Sequence record: PP885733.1
DNA: 64,000 nucleotides
Strand: one strand, 5' to 3'
Shown: one piece after another, positions 18,458-28,311 of the stretch
Layout of the letters: each line of letters begins with the position of its first letter
How positions within the stretch are numbered: position 1 is the first letter of the stretch
Notes under the pieces: model-generated
Database searches by the model: none
What the model saw: only the letters and a program-made list of their open reading frames with translations
What the model was told of the DNA's origin: nothing
Position numbers and translations under genes: made by a program

Positions 18458-18477
18458 TAGATATTATCGTATTGCTA
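18458..18477 (+). promoter_or_regulatory. Putative early promoter
   Basis: ATATTAT-cgtat-TGCT, 40 nt upstream of the 18517 ORF. Confidence 0.5.
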
Positions 18478-18516
18478 AACGAATGAGATATTTAAAATAA
18501 CCTAGAGGAACCCACC

Positions 18517-19137
18517 ATGAACTTAGAAATTATTCGTAAACGTTTATCATCTCAACTTCGTAATCATTTCCCAGTGGTGAATGAAGTACGCGCAAGCATC
18601 GTATCGCCATTGGACTTAACGGGTCCTCTGCTGAAGACTGAAGTAATCTATGCATTCGAATTCATCATCAACAATACTGAGCGTTATCATACGTTCGCTG
18701 TTGAACGTGATCGGGACATTTACTTCACCCGTCCGAAGGAAGGCATCCGTCAGGATCTGACTCTCATGATCCGTACTCGCGACTTCCGTCTGCTGCTGAC
18801 CGAAGATCCGCTGAACCACCAGGACGTCATCGGCAAGTTCCTGGAGAACAAACTTTGTCAGGGTGCTCGCGATTATGTAGAGGAAATTGTCTCTTCATAC
18901 ACCCAGTATGCCAAAGAAGGTCTTGGTAAAGATATCCATATCTGCCAGGGCTTCGTTATCCGTCGTTTCCACAAACAGGTCATGAGCTACGATGCCGACA
19001 TCGAGCTTCTGGTCAAAGGTGCAGAAGCGACTGAGTATTCTCGATATACCGGAAGGATTGAATCCGGTCTGCTGAAAGGGCTGAAAGATTCCAAAGGAAC
19101 GCCAGTCCTCCCGCGTGACATTTACGCAACCATCTAA
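18517..19137 (+). CDS. Hypothetical protein
   Basis: 206 aa, AGAGGA SD. Confidence 0.75.
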   Translation: MNLEIIRKRLSSQLRNHFPVVNEVRASIVSPLDLTGPLLKTEVIYAFEFIINNTERYHTFAVERDRDIYFTRPKEGIRQDLTLMIRTRDFRLLLTEDPLNHQDVIGKFLENKLCQGARDYVEEIVSSYTQYAKEGLGKDIHICQGFVIRRFHKQVMSYDADIELLVKGAEATEYSRYTGRIESGLLKGLKDSKGTPVLPRDIYATI

Positions 19138-19165
19138 ACCCAATAACTCTAAGAGGAATTTATTC

Positions 19166-19549
19166 ATGGCTAGCAAGAAACCCGCTAAGCAAAACAAAGT
19201 CAAACCGAACCTGAACAAACCGGCTCCGAAGCCAGTAGTCCATTTGGATTACCTGCGTGTCTATCACGAGGTACTCAAGCACGAGGATGTGCTGGACATT
19301 GAACTGGATGATATCTTCGCTGCTACAATGCGGGTATTAGAGGATAACCTGGCTAAGAGCAAGCTCTCCAAAGAGCCTGACAACTTGGCCGTTGAAATCC
19401 TCGTTTCGAAAGTAATGGAAGAGTTGGTCGACAAACCAGTTTCTCTGGAAGATGTCGCAAAAGAAATGGCAGCTGAGCTTGGCTTTGCCGGAGATGACAA
19501 ACTCATCAAAGAAGCCGTGGCTGCAGCTCGTGAAGTAGAAATGGCGTAA
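19166..19549 (+). CDS. Hypothetical protein with Lys/Pro-rich N-terminus
   Basis: Start placed at MASKKPAK after AGAGGA; followed by a terminator. Confidence 0.75.
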   Translation: MASKKPAKQNKVKPNLNKPAPKPVVHLDYLRVYHEVLKHEDVLDIELDDIFAATMRVLEDNLAKSKLSKEPDNLAVEILVSKVMEELVDKPVSLEDVAKEMAAELGFAGDDKLIKEAVAAAREVEMA

Positions 19550-19558
19550 ATCAAATCC

Positions 19559-19590
19559 AATACCTCCAGCCCTCACGGGTTGGGGGTATT
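19559..19590 (+). terminator. Intrinsic terminator
   Basis: AATACCTCCAGCCC-TCAC-GGGTTGGGGGTATT. Confidence 0.7.
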
Positions 19591-19622
19591 TGTAGTATCA
19601 CTTTAACTTAGAGAGAAAGAAA

Positions 19623-20471
19623 ATGAAAATCGAAGACATCCTGGCTCGTGACACCACTCTGGTTCCAACCATCATCTCTGCAATGAAAGCGATTGATAAT
19701 GGCGGGTTCAAATGTGGACGCAATGAAATCGAAATGATCAAGACTTCTGACTTGCTTCACTTCAATGTCATTTCAATGTACGTGATGGGTGAGAAGTTTC
19801 CGAACTTCTTTTTAGAAGTTCATCTCCCTGATGTAGCTAAGCCGATCGGGTCCATTGCTCCTGTACGGGACGAGGAGACTGGGCGAATCATTAACTGGCT
19901 CATCATCCGTCGTTTCGAAGATCGTCGGTATGTGAACACTACAGACGGTCTGTGGGAAGATATGGCTCACCATGTGATCAAGGTATTCTTCACCAAAGAA
20001 GAAGTCTTCCAGCAGGTGTACCGCGAAGCTGCGTTGGATAATCAGGGAAGTCAAATAGGGCATAGTTCTAAAGCTGGCATTCAAGAACGTACCCACAATG
20101 GTCATCCGGTCGAATCGATCAGTCGTGAGCGATTCAAAGACATGTTGGAAATGGGACTCTCCAACCATCCTGAATGTCTGGGCGTTCATTACGGTTACTT
20201 TGAGATTGATGATGAATCAGCTTTCAAAGATGTCGTCTTCAGACTGTTTACTGCCGGTGATGAAAACGGCACATATCCTCAAGCGTTAATGCTTGATGGG
20301 AACAGTCGGTTCGGTCGCATTCTGGGTAGCTTCCACTTGAGGGGTCATCTTGTTCAGATGAAATCTCAATGTTACCAGGGCGAAAAGGTAATCAACGATT
20401 CCGCCGAACTGTTCGATGCTATTAATGAATACCTGGTGAGACCTTCTCGTGCTTATAACACCCACTTCTAA
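19623..20471 (+). CDS. Hypothetical protein
   Basis: 282 aa, SD present. Confidence 0.75.
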   Translation: MKIEDILARDTTLVPTIISAMKAIDNGGFKCGRNEIEMIKTSDLLHFNVISMYVMGEKFPNFFLEVHLPDVAKPIGSIAPVRDEETGRIINWLIIRRFEDRRYVNTTDGLWEDMAHHVIKVFFTKEEVFQQVYREAALDNQGSQIGHSSKAGIQERTHNGHPVESISRERFKDMLEMGLSNHPECLGVHYGYFEIDDESAFKDVVFRLFTAGDENGTYPQALMLDGNSRFGRILGSFHLRGHLVQMKSQCYQGEKVINDSAELFDAINEYLVRPSRAYNTHF

Positions 20472-20886
20472 AACCAAACTTCTGAAACTCTGTGAAGATC
20501 TTCGCAGGGTTAAGAAGAAGATTCCAACCGACCCTCGTAAGGTCAGTCCCACACCAGTCCAACTGAAATCAGCTATGGATACTATCCGTAGTAAGGTGAG
20601 GGAAACACAAGCCATCAAGTTTGATGTCGATGGTGGCGGTCCTAAGTACTTTGATGTCGGATATGTGGCAGGTGGTCGTGATCACTATGTCGTTCCGATC
20701 ATGGAAGTCTTCTCGGTTGAATCAACCCGTGCTGATAGTCGTCTGTTGTTAACCGCTTGGTTTGACGATGAAGCCCATGCTCACATCACCGTTCTGGATG
20801 GACGATACAAGATGGTTATCCGTTATGCTACTCCTGAAGATGTGGCTAAATGGATTAATGACTATCTTGTCATTTTCTATTCCTAA
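20449..20886 (+). CDS. Hypothetical protein
   Basis: 145 aa, overlaps the previous gene. Confidence 0.7.
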   Translation: MLITPTSKTKLLKLCEDLRRVKKKIPTDPRKVSPTPVQLKSAMDTIRSKVRETQAIKFDVDGGGPKYFDVGYVAGGRDHYVVPIMEVFSVESTRADSRLLLTAWFDDEAHAHITVLDGRYKMVIRYATPEDVAKWINDYLVIFYS

Positions 20887-21018
20887 TTAAATTAATTTCT
20901 GACTCCTATTCTTATCTATTGTTTAGGGGTAGGGGTTTATCCGGACAGGATGAATTAATATAATTACTGAACGAAGTGAAGTATCCTTATTCCATCTGTT
21001 TACCAAAGGTAAGTTAAA

Positions 21019-21399
21019 ATGAGTTATCAGCAAGAATTAGGATTATCCGGAATGATCATTTTCAGTGTGTTAACACTGTTCTTGATTCTCAAACTGGTTA
21101 AGATCAATAAAGACAGAGATCTAGAATCAGCGGGTATTATTAATCAGATAAGACAACATCTGGTTATGCGAATCAATGAGTGGTTAAATCACGAAGGGAT
21201 GATTCCTGAAAGGGAATTGGTTTCTTTGTGTAAGAAATACGAAACACACTTCTCAGGTAAGTTCAAGATTGATGTGGACGTACACGCTGGGTGTTTCTTA
21301 ATCATTCTTACCCATAAGTGGATGAAGCATGAGATCTCCGGATACATGACTCCTCCAAGATTTAACCTCGAAAACAACATTCCATATAAGGTGAAATAA
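21019..21399 (+). CDS. Single-pass membrane protein, paralog family A
   Basis: N-terminal hydrophobic helix; LNHEGMIPERELVSLC motif. Confidence 0.7.
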   Translation: MSYQQELGLSGMIIFSVLTLFLILKLVKINKDRDLESAGIINQIRQHLVMRINEWLNHEGMIPERELVSLCKKYETHFSGKFKIDVDVHAGCFLIILTHKWMKHEISGYMTPPRFNLENNIPYKVK

Positions 21400-21401
21400 C
21401 C

Positions 21402-21761
21402 ATGTTCGAATTGAACAACCACACGCTGTACGGTATCATCATCGGCATCCTGGTAATGAACTTTCTGGTGCCTTTCCTGAAAGCACTGTTTGGTCCAGCT
21501 CCAGTACCGAAGATCAACCTGAGCACTCTGACCGCTTTACCTCGGATGAACTCAACTGATCTGGCGTATATGGTCGCTGAAATCATTCAACAGAACGATG
21601 GTAAGTACTGGCTGGTTAGTTATTCGACTAACAGTGCCAATGTCGCTACCATAACGTTCGGGTATATGAACCAGGGTGAAGCCTACAAGCTGGATGTCAT
21701 GTGCTGCATTGATGACAGTATGCCGCCAAAGTACCCACTGAACAAACGTCGTAAAAAGTAA
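21402..21761 (+). CDS. Single-pass membrane protein
   Basis: N-terminal hydrophobic helix, 119 aa. Confidence 0.7.
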   Translation: MFELNNHTLYGIIIGILVMNFLVPFLKALFGPAPVPKINLSTLTALPRMNSTDLAYMVAEIIQQNDGKYWLVSYSTNSANVATITFGYMNQGEAYKLDVMCCIDDSMPPKYPLNKRRKK

Positions 21762-21839
21762 CAATACTCTGTTTATTAAATAGTTGCCGTAAGGTGACTA
21801 TCCTAAACCAACGTAAATCCATTACAGGAAATCAAAACA

Positions 21840-22508
21840 ATGTTCACATCTGTCCATGCAACTGCCCTGATCATCCGTGTGCTGATCTCTTACATCGCGG
21901 GTAACGTATCCGCCCTGAACGAAATCCTGGTCGAAGAAGTCGGTGTAGGTGACACCATCATTCTGTTCCAGCGCGGTACACTGATTGTCACCATGTCGCG
22001 TGTTGGCGGAAAAGGAGTTCTGTTGATCAAAGATGTCCGAGCGGGCATTGATCATGAGTTCAAACTCAACAGCGCTAAAACACCGATTACTAAGCGTGTG
22101 ATTAACGACCTGGAAGTTTGGTATCACCGTCAACTGCGTGAGCAGGAAGTTGAAGCTCGCACTATCGGCGGGAATTTGATTCGCAAGTTGAACCTTCAGA
22201 AAGAACTGGCGAAGTTCGGATTCATGGATCGCCTGTTCGGTAAATCCAAAGCCGTTCTGCTGAAGACCAACAACGTGGCATTCGACGATCTGATCACAGT
22301 TGCTGCTGAAGTATCAGTAAGCGTGTTCGGTAAAGTGACTGCTACGGTTGCTGCTTCCACAACGCTGGGTACTGTCGACTATCCGGTTCGCCGTATCCTG
22401 CCTGTGTACTTCGGTACTGATAAACAGTTCACTGCAACTGCGGCCGAGCCGATCAATGACTACGTGTTCAGCGTAATCGATGATCAGTTGTATTCACTGC
22501 TGAAATAA
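21840..22508 (+). CDS. Hypothetical protein
   Basis: 222 aa, CAGGA SD, terminator at 22516-22545. Confidence 0.75.
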   Translation: MFTSVHATALIIRVLISYIAGNVSALNEILVEEVGVGDTIILFQRGTLIVTMSRVGGKGVLLIKDVRAGIDHEFKLNSAKTPITKRVINDLEVWYHRQLREQEVEARTIGGNLIRKLNLQKELAKFGFMDRLFGKSKAVLLKTNNVAFDDLITVAAEVSVSVFGKVTATVAASTTLGTVDYPVRRILPVYFGTDKQFTATAAEPINDYVFSVIDDQLYSLLK

Positions 22509-22573
22509 TCATATCGAGTGAGCGTCCTTAATCGGGCGTTCACTCTCTTATGGTTGTTTATTATTTAATCTAA

Positions 22574-22933
22574 ATGGAGGAATTAAGTATGTGGTTAGTT
22601 ATCGTTTTGACAATTGCGGTATCTGTCTGGTTATGTTACCGTCAATATAACCATTGGGAACAGTATCGCGATGATCTCTCAACGGCAGAATTGATCAAAA
22701 CAGAAATAGGATCACAACTGCGTGATCTTTTGAATGCAGATGGTACCATCCCTTATAAAGAGATGGTTAAAATTTGCGCACTGATGAACTTAACCCGTGA
22801 ACCCACTGTCAGATACATGGTAGCACGTCGTAAGGTCACAATCACCGTTACCTTGAGACGAGCCAGGGTTTTAATCGAGTTAAACAACGAGAGCATGAAG
22901 AACCTGCCGGTGGACGGTTACGATTCTTTATAA
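22574..22933 (+). CDS. Single-pass membrane protein, paralog family A
   Basis: N-terminal TM; LNADGTIPYKEMVKIC motif. Confidence 0.7.
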   Translation: MEELSMWLVIVLTIAVSVWLCYRQYNHWEQYRDDLSTAELIKTEIGSQLRDLLNADGTIPYKEMVKICALMNLTREPTVRYMVARRKVTITVTLRRARVLIELNNESMKNLPVDGYDSL

Positions 22934-22946
22934 CAGGAGTTAAACC

Positions 22947-23357
22947 ATGTCTTGGGATTACTGGGATTTAAAGATCTACGGACTGATAGTGTTCGTGATC
23001 ATCTTTGCATTAATGGTTGCTGCAGTCTGGTTGGGAACAATCCTACTCCAGGAAGCTGAGTCCATTAAGGCTGCTTCTAAGAACGTTCAGTCTGCATTTG
23101 CTTTTGTGGAACTGGAAGTCAACAAGAAGCTTTCGAATAACAACGCTATCCATTTCTTCGACCTTATGAGGATCGTGGAGATGGCTGCTAAACGGATGCC
23201 ATTCGTAAAGGTTTCTGTTGAGAAAGCATTTGAACGAAACCAGGTGAGTATCATCATTGAGTCTGATGGTATTAAGGCTCGATATACATTCCTGGCTACT
23301 ATCGTTGAATATCCTAACAAAGCAGCTATTACCAAATCAGCAGCTACTGGTAGTTAA
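22947..23357 (+). CDS. Single-pass membrane protein, paralog family A
   Basis: N-terminal TM; LSNNNAIHFFDLMRIV motif; CAGGAG SD; terminator at 23360-23394. Confidence 0.7.
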   Translation: MSWDYWDLKIYGLIVFVIIFALMVAAVWLGTILLQEAESIKAASKNVQSAFAFVELEVNKKLSNNNAIHFFDLMRIVEMAAKRMPFVKVSVEKAFERNQVSIIIESDGIKARYTFLATIVEYPNKAAITKSAATGS

Positions 23358-23651
23358 TTAAGAGGTATGTGAGGTAATGCTTACATACCTTTTTACTCCA
23401 TTTGTATCTTATGCAATTCTGTTACTTTTCTTCTCTTACTTTACTACTTTTAGTGGTGAGTAAGGGGGAGAAAGAGGGGGATTGTCCTTGACCTGGCAGT
23501 CAGGCCAATCTCTATATCTATTATAGGTTTTATACTAATAGTATATTACAGATAAGTAGAGAAAGGGATTGACACCTTGTGAAATAAAAAATTCCCAAAA
23601 TTCAATTAACTCAGTTATCCTTAAGTGGGTAACTGGGTAGGAGCTATATGT

Positions 23652-24224
23652 ATGTCTCAATTACAAGAGTTACAAGAGAACCTATTAGGAACAGTAATTC
23701 AACAGTTAGTACCTGACTTGGCTAAGTGTATCTCGTTACAGAAAGAAGATCGAGTACAGATCAATACCGTAGTGGGTATCTTTACTTATGTTCCTTTCTC
23801 TCAAATTCATGCATCATACCGTTTAGAGTTTGATGGTCATCGGGTATACTCTACCCGTGGTTTAGGTAAGAAGCCTACTCTGGGTAATGTGGACAATTAC
23901 ACTGACTGGGCTGAGAAAGAAATACTCCGAGATCTTACCCTTGGGGAATATAACGAAGAACTTCGTAAGGTCGTTAATAATATATACCCGGCTAAGGCTG
24001 GACCAGAGAAGGTAGAAGTGAATTATGAAGATCTACAGAACCTGATATCTTTAGCTACCGCAATGGCTCCAGGTATCTTACCTAAGTATGTTGACAATCT
24101 CCGTACACAAGCTAAGGGCTGTATGCGCTCTAAGTTACAACACCTTATCGATATGCCTGGTCATGCTGAAGACAAGATCGGTCATGCTAAACGTCTAACT
24201 AACCTGATGGAGAAATTCCAATGA
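23652..24224 (+). CDS. Hypothetical protein
   Basis: Start placed at MSQLQ after TAGGAG. Confidence 0.7.
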   Translation: MSQLQELQENLLGTVIQQLVPDLAKCISLQKEDRVQINTVVGIFTYVPFSQIHASYRLEFDGHRVYSTRGLGKKPTLGNVDNYTDWAEKEILRDLTLGEYNEELRKVVNNIYPAKAGPEKVEVNYEDLQNLISLATAMAPGILPKYVDNLRTQAKGCMRSKLQHLIDMPGHAEDKIGHAKRLTNLMEKFQ

Positions 24225-25279
24225 AAATCGGTAAAATGTTGAAAGAAGAACACGGCTTTGATTTGGCCTCGCAGTTCATGTTCGCTGAACGCTATGGTTA
24301 CAACAAATATCTCATTGATGGCATTATGGCTGATAAGTGGTCCTGCCTGTTAAAATGCCACATTGATGACCTGGTTGAATTCACCGGTATCCCCGCTGAG
24401 AAGTTTGCAGAGTGGAGTGAAGGCGATGGGCAGACTCGTGAGTATTGCGCTCCACTGGGTAGACCATATCCTGATAACCCTCCAGTTATGGCTAATATCG
24501 ATATTCCTGCTTTTGAACAAGCCAAGCTGTTTGCAAACAAAACGGCTTTCGGCACCACACTCCGTGCAGGCATCACTCCACTACCTGGTGAAACTGAATT
24601 CAAACCAAGTGAAGGTGACCTGGTTCCAGAAATACCACCCATCATGGATTACCCATGTTCATTGGTTCGTCGCAATGAAGATGTTCCTGAAGCAAATGAG
24701 GAACAATTGCAGGCGCTGTTCAACCGCGTAAGGAATTACCACAAGGACCATCCATTAGTTATTCATCATGAACTTCAGATTAAGGACATCGAAGAACTGT
24801 TCCCACATCTGAAGCGCAAACCTGAACCTGAGATTCGTCTGACGACTTCTCAGATCAAAGCACGTTGTTCTGATTTGGATCTTGAAGAGATCTATTTACA
24901 GCACTTCAAAAATCGTGCGTTGGGTCTGTACAACGAAGGTGTACAGACTGATCCAGAAGTACTCGATGTTCAACTGTCGAGTACTAACCGCGATGTCACT
25001 ATGAAGGAAATCAATTACCACGTTCTGGAAGCTGTGGCTAAGTACTTCAATGAGAACGAACAGTTCCAGTCAGAGTTAACCCTGTTCGGCATGACTATCG
25101 CTCACCGCATTAACTTCGTGGCTAAACACGATGCACCTATCGAAAAGCCAGAAGCTGAAGTTTGTACGGTTCCAATTGACCTATTGCAATGTCTCTATGA
25201 TATTGCCTGTGAGCACAACTACCCAATCGCTGCTGACGCGTGCGAAATTCTCCAACAAGCTAGAAAGGAAAAAGAATGA
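24221..25279 (+). CDS. Protein with N-terminal XRE/HigA-like HTH
   Basis: SQFMFAERYGYNKYLIDGIMADK...LVEFTGIPAEKF matches the XRE helix pattern. Confidence 0.55.
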   Translation: MKIGKMLKEEHGFDLASQFMFAERYGYNKYLIDGIMADKWSCLLKCHIDDLVEFTGIPAEKFAEWSEGDGQTREYCAPLGRPYPDNPPVMANIDIPAFEQAKLFANKTAFGTTLRAGITPLPGETEFKPSEGDLVPEIPPIMDYPCSLVRRNEDVPEANEEQLQALFNRVRNYHKDHPLVIHHELQIKDIEELFPHLKRKPEPEIRLTTSQIKARCSDLDLEEIYLQHFKNRALGLYNEGVQTDPEVLDVQLSSTNRDVTMKEINYHVLEAVAKYFNENEQFQSELTLFGMTIAHRINFVAKHDAPIEKPEAEVCTVPIDLLQCLYDIACEHNYPIAADACEILQQARKEKE

Positions 25280-25695
25280 ACATCATTACTTTAGGCAATG
25301 ACGTCTGGGGTCTTATTCAACAGGCCATTGATACCACCGGTATCGAACAAGGTATCATCGGCGTCAAAGTTCCCCGTATGGGTATCGAAGAAAGCTGTGA
25401 GTTTCATGAAGGGGTGTTCTATATCCAGGACAATAACCCGGAACTGAACTTTGCTTATCTTCCGACCCCAAACATGGATCACTTCAAATCCGTGCAGGAC
25501 AACTATGCTGCGTTAGCTCGCCGCGTGGAGCGCGATGGATTAGACGGTGTTCGTTATAACCGTATCTTCATCGCAGTCTATCAGGAAGTAGAAGTTCCCG
25601 AAGTCGTTGTAAAAGCTCACGACATCTTCCTGGACATCACTTCACCGACTTACTCAAGTTATCGTTGCGTAATGACAGTTAAGGATAAGAAATGA
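25276..25695 (+). CDS. Hypothetical protein
   Basis: 139 aa, ATGA overlap. Confidence 0.7.
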   Translation: MNIITLGNDVWGLIQQAIDTTGIEQGIIGVKVPRMGIEESCEFHEGVFYIQDNNPELNFAYLPTPNMDHFKSVQDNYAALARRVERDGLDGVRYNRIFIAVYQEVEVPEVVVKAHDIFLDITSPTYSSYRCVMTVKDKK

Positions 25696-26102
25696 AATCA
25701 CGTTACTATTTCCTGATTTCACTTATCCTGATTGTTGTGATGTGGGGTTTGAAGGAATCAAATAAATATACAGAGTACCATAACCACAACGTGGAAGTGG
25801 TTCAGAAGTATTCCGGTGCATCTGGGGGTAAACATTCCCGGATGCATTTCATCGTTGTCTACCGTACATCGGACAACATCTTCTTTGACCGCAATGTGAG
25901 TGCAGCCTGGTATTCACAAATTGAACCCGGAGATCAAGTAACCCTTAGTCTCCGTCAAATGGACATCAAACAGAACACGACTGATAACGTCATCTGGTTT
26001 TTTGGTTATGTCCTGTTTCAGGTGATATTTGGTTTCGGAGCCCTTATCATCTTTGTATTGGGCTGTTCTCCTAAACTCCGTAAATGGATGGTAACAGAAT
26101 GA
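25692..26102 (+). CDS. Membrane protein (two TM segments)
   Basis: N- and C-terminal hydrophobic helices flanking a small beta domain. Confidence 0.7.
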   Translation: MKSRYYFLISLILIVVMWGLKESNKYTEYHNHNVEVVQKYSGASGGKHSRMHFIVVYRTSDNIFFDRNVSAAWYSQIEPGDQVTLSLRQMDIKQNTTDNVIWFFGYVLFQVIFGFGALIIFVLGCSPKLRKWMVTE

Positions 26103-26425
26103 TTAAGACGAAACACGTTAAGAAAGAGCTGGCAGAAATCATCCTGCCAGTTATGGAGCACATCGCCAAGTACGGGACTGATCAATATACTCCCGAAGTT
26201 GTGTACCAGCACAACGGTATTGAGTATAAAGCAGTTTGCGAGGTTAACGAAGCCCGCGAAGTGTTGACAGTTACTTTGTACGACTACTATGGTTGCTATC
26301 CGAAGTTCGAAGCACCATTAGGTCAACTGGCTCATCTCATCCCTGAAAACCATGCAAAGCGCTTTGCAAATGAGAACCCACACCTGGTAACTTACGCTTA
26401 CCGCCTTCTTAAGAAAATGCACTGA
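26099..26425 (+). CDS. Hypothetical protein
   Basis: Start placed at MIKTKH (ATGA overlap). Confidence 0.7.
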   Translation: MIKTKHVKKELAEIILPVMEHIAKYGTDQYTPEVVYQHNGIEYKAVCEVNEAREVLTVTLYDYYGCYPKFEAPLGQLAHLIPENHAKRFANENPHLVTYAYRLLKKMH

Positions 26426-26432
26426 GGTCAAC

Positions 26433-26744
26433 ATGTTCGATAAATACACCCCTGAATCGGTCAGTGAGAAAATCGTTCAATCTCTGACCGACGCTGTTGA
26501 AGAACATTACGATGCATTGATGTCTGGTGAAAAGCAGAACATCTTTATCAGCACCGAGTTCGAAAACGGCCTGCGTTATAACCAGCATCAGCTGGGTGTG
26601 GAACATGAAACCACAATCAGCATTACCCGGTACGGTAAAGTTATCTACAAAGTAGTGTACTCTACCGACCTGTCTGACATGATCAAAGGCGGAATGAAAG
26701 ATGCCGCCAACATCCTTTACCACTATCTCATTGGGGTCAAGTAA
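26433..26744 (+). CDS. Hypothetical protein
   Basis: 103 aa, GAGG SD. Confidence 0.7.
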   Translation: MFDKYTPESVSEKIVQSLTDAVEEHYDALMSGEKQNIFISTEFENGLRYNQHQLGVEHETTISITRYGKVIYKVVYSTDLSDMIKGGMKDAANILYHYLIGVK

Positions 26745-27226
26745 TGACAACTCAAGCGCAGTACTATATCGAACGTCGTTTCGGCGAAACCATCGTTAGC
26801 CGTTTAGCTCGCGATGACAAAAGTGTTGTACATCTGGCCCGTTACCTCGGTCGTGATGAAGCAGACATCATGCAGGTCTTCAACGGACATGCTCCTCTGG
26901 CCAGCGCTGTAACCTTCCAGGGTCTTGATACATATTTCGGAACTAACCCAGGTTACTTTGAAGAAGTTTACAAAAACTGCTACAAAGTTCTGCTGAAAGA
27001 AACTGAATCTAACTTCGATGATTCAGAAGTTCCAACAGAAACAGTTCAGACTCCAGAAGAAGCGGCAATGACCATTACCATGAAACCACCAAAAGGTTAC
27101 ATGTTGGTTCCTATCGAAATGGTTCGCGGTATTCTGGAGCACATGTCCGCCGGTCACGACCACTGTGACGAATCGCTGGAACTGTGGAAAATGGCTGATG
27201 CTGTTGAAAAGGAGCAGGGCGAATGA
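26744..27226 (+). CDS. HigA-like (XRE HTH) protein
   Basis: LARYLGRDEADIMQVFNGHAPLA...LDTYFGTNPGYFEEV parallels HigA LA..LGVS...IS.I.NG...I...L...FGTS..FW. Confidence 0.65.
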   Translation: MTTQAQYYIERRFGETIVSRLARDDKSVVHLARYLGRDEADIMQVFNGHAPLASAVTFQGLDTYFGTNPGYFEEVYKNCYKVLLKETESNFDDSEVPTETVQTPEEAAMTITMKPPKGYMLVPIEMVRGILEHMSAGHDHCDESLELWKMADAVEKEQGE

Positions 27227-27600
27227 GTTACTTACAGATCTCCCAGTTTGACAAAGACGATATCGATGACGTTCAAAAGAACGACGAAGGTCATCCGTTC
27301 TTTGACTACTGGGAATACTGCGATTACCAACAGGACTGCCACGAGCGTCTCAATGTTGAAGGTCATGCTGAACTCCTGAACGAGTTCTTCGGTATGACGC
27401 CAGGTGAGGAAATGGATTACTACATCCTGGACAAAGAGAAGCTGGAAGCTTTGATTAGTCTGTTCGATAATCATAACTGGGATGACGATCTCCCGTCATA
27501 CAAAACCAAAAACGTGGGCATCCTCGAAGAACTCAATAAGCGTTTAGCTGATTTCGACTTCGACGGTGAACAACACTTAGTAATTTCCTGGGATTATTAA
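27223..27600 (+). CDS. Highly acidic hypothetical protein
   Basis: 125 aa; about 32 D/E against 9 K/R by hand count. Confidence 0.7.
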   Translation: MSYLQISQFDKDDIDDVQKNDEGHPFFDYWEYCDYQQDCHERLNVEGHAELLNEFFGMTPGEEMDYYILDKEKLEALISLFDNHNWDDDLPSYKTKNVGILEELNKRLADFDFDGEQHLVISWDY

Positions 27601-28311
27601 ATGAAAGAGCTAATCAATTTCGTACTGGAACTATCCACCGCCATCGAACTGGCACGACATGATCCTATTGATCGTTCTGTCAGCTTCCGTGGGTTGGAGT
27701 TCGACTTCAGTGAAAGCGGCACCTGCTGGGTCAAATTGAATGACGAACAGGTAGGGACAATAGAAACAGACCCTGACGAAATAAAGGTCGATATCTATTC
27801 TCCTAATACGGTCCGGACAATTAAGTCCACCCGGTTCCAGGTTGTCGAAAGTCGTACTCTCGGCAGTAAGGTCACCATGCAAGTTCTGGAAGACTTCCTG
27901 GAAATGATCTATACCGGTGAAGATGCGGTCCAGTGCATCATCCGTGAGACTCGACCCAAGAAGCAGAAACCTGCCTCAGAGCCAGAGCCAATGTATACAT
28001 CTGGTTTCCTGTTGACTCAGAAGTGGTTGAAGTATAAGTACACCGCTGAAGAAAACACCGGTCTTACCTATGCCCAGTGGTTGGTTAAGTATCTGGAGCT
28101 TGGTGACCTGGCAACACACTTGACGACTCCTGGTGCTTATAACCTAACCGACATGGATATCATCAAGATCTCCGGTTCCCTGGGTTATCTCCCAACTCCT
28201 GCTGAAGAGTTCTACCGCACCATGGCGAAAGAACTTTATGACATGAGCATCCTCAACGAACAGGAACTTCAGCTGTTCGGTTCTTATTTGAAGCCGAAAG
28301 ATGAAGAGTGA
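27601..28311 (+). CDS. Hypothetical protein
   Basis: 236 aa in operon. Confidence 0.7.
   Translation: MKELINFVLELSTAIELARHDPIDRSVSFRGLEFDFSESGTCWVKLNDEQVGTIETDPDEIKVDIYSPNTVRTIKSTRFQVVESRTLGSKVTMQVLEDFLEMIYTGEDAVQCIIRETRPKKQKPASEPEPMYTSGFLLTQKWLKYKYTAEENTGLTYAQWLVKYLELGDLATHLTTPGAYNLTDMDIIKISGSLGYLPTPAEEFYRTMAKELYDMSILNEQELQLFGSYLKPKDEE

Noticed and set aside
18517-19137. Possible ChmB-like shell-associated protein
   Set aside because: Only size and early position suggest it; I recognise no sequence motif.
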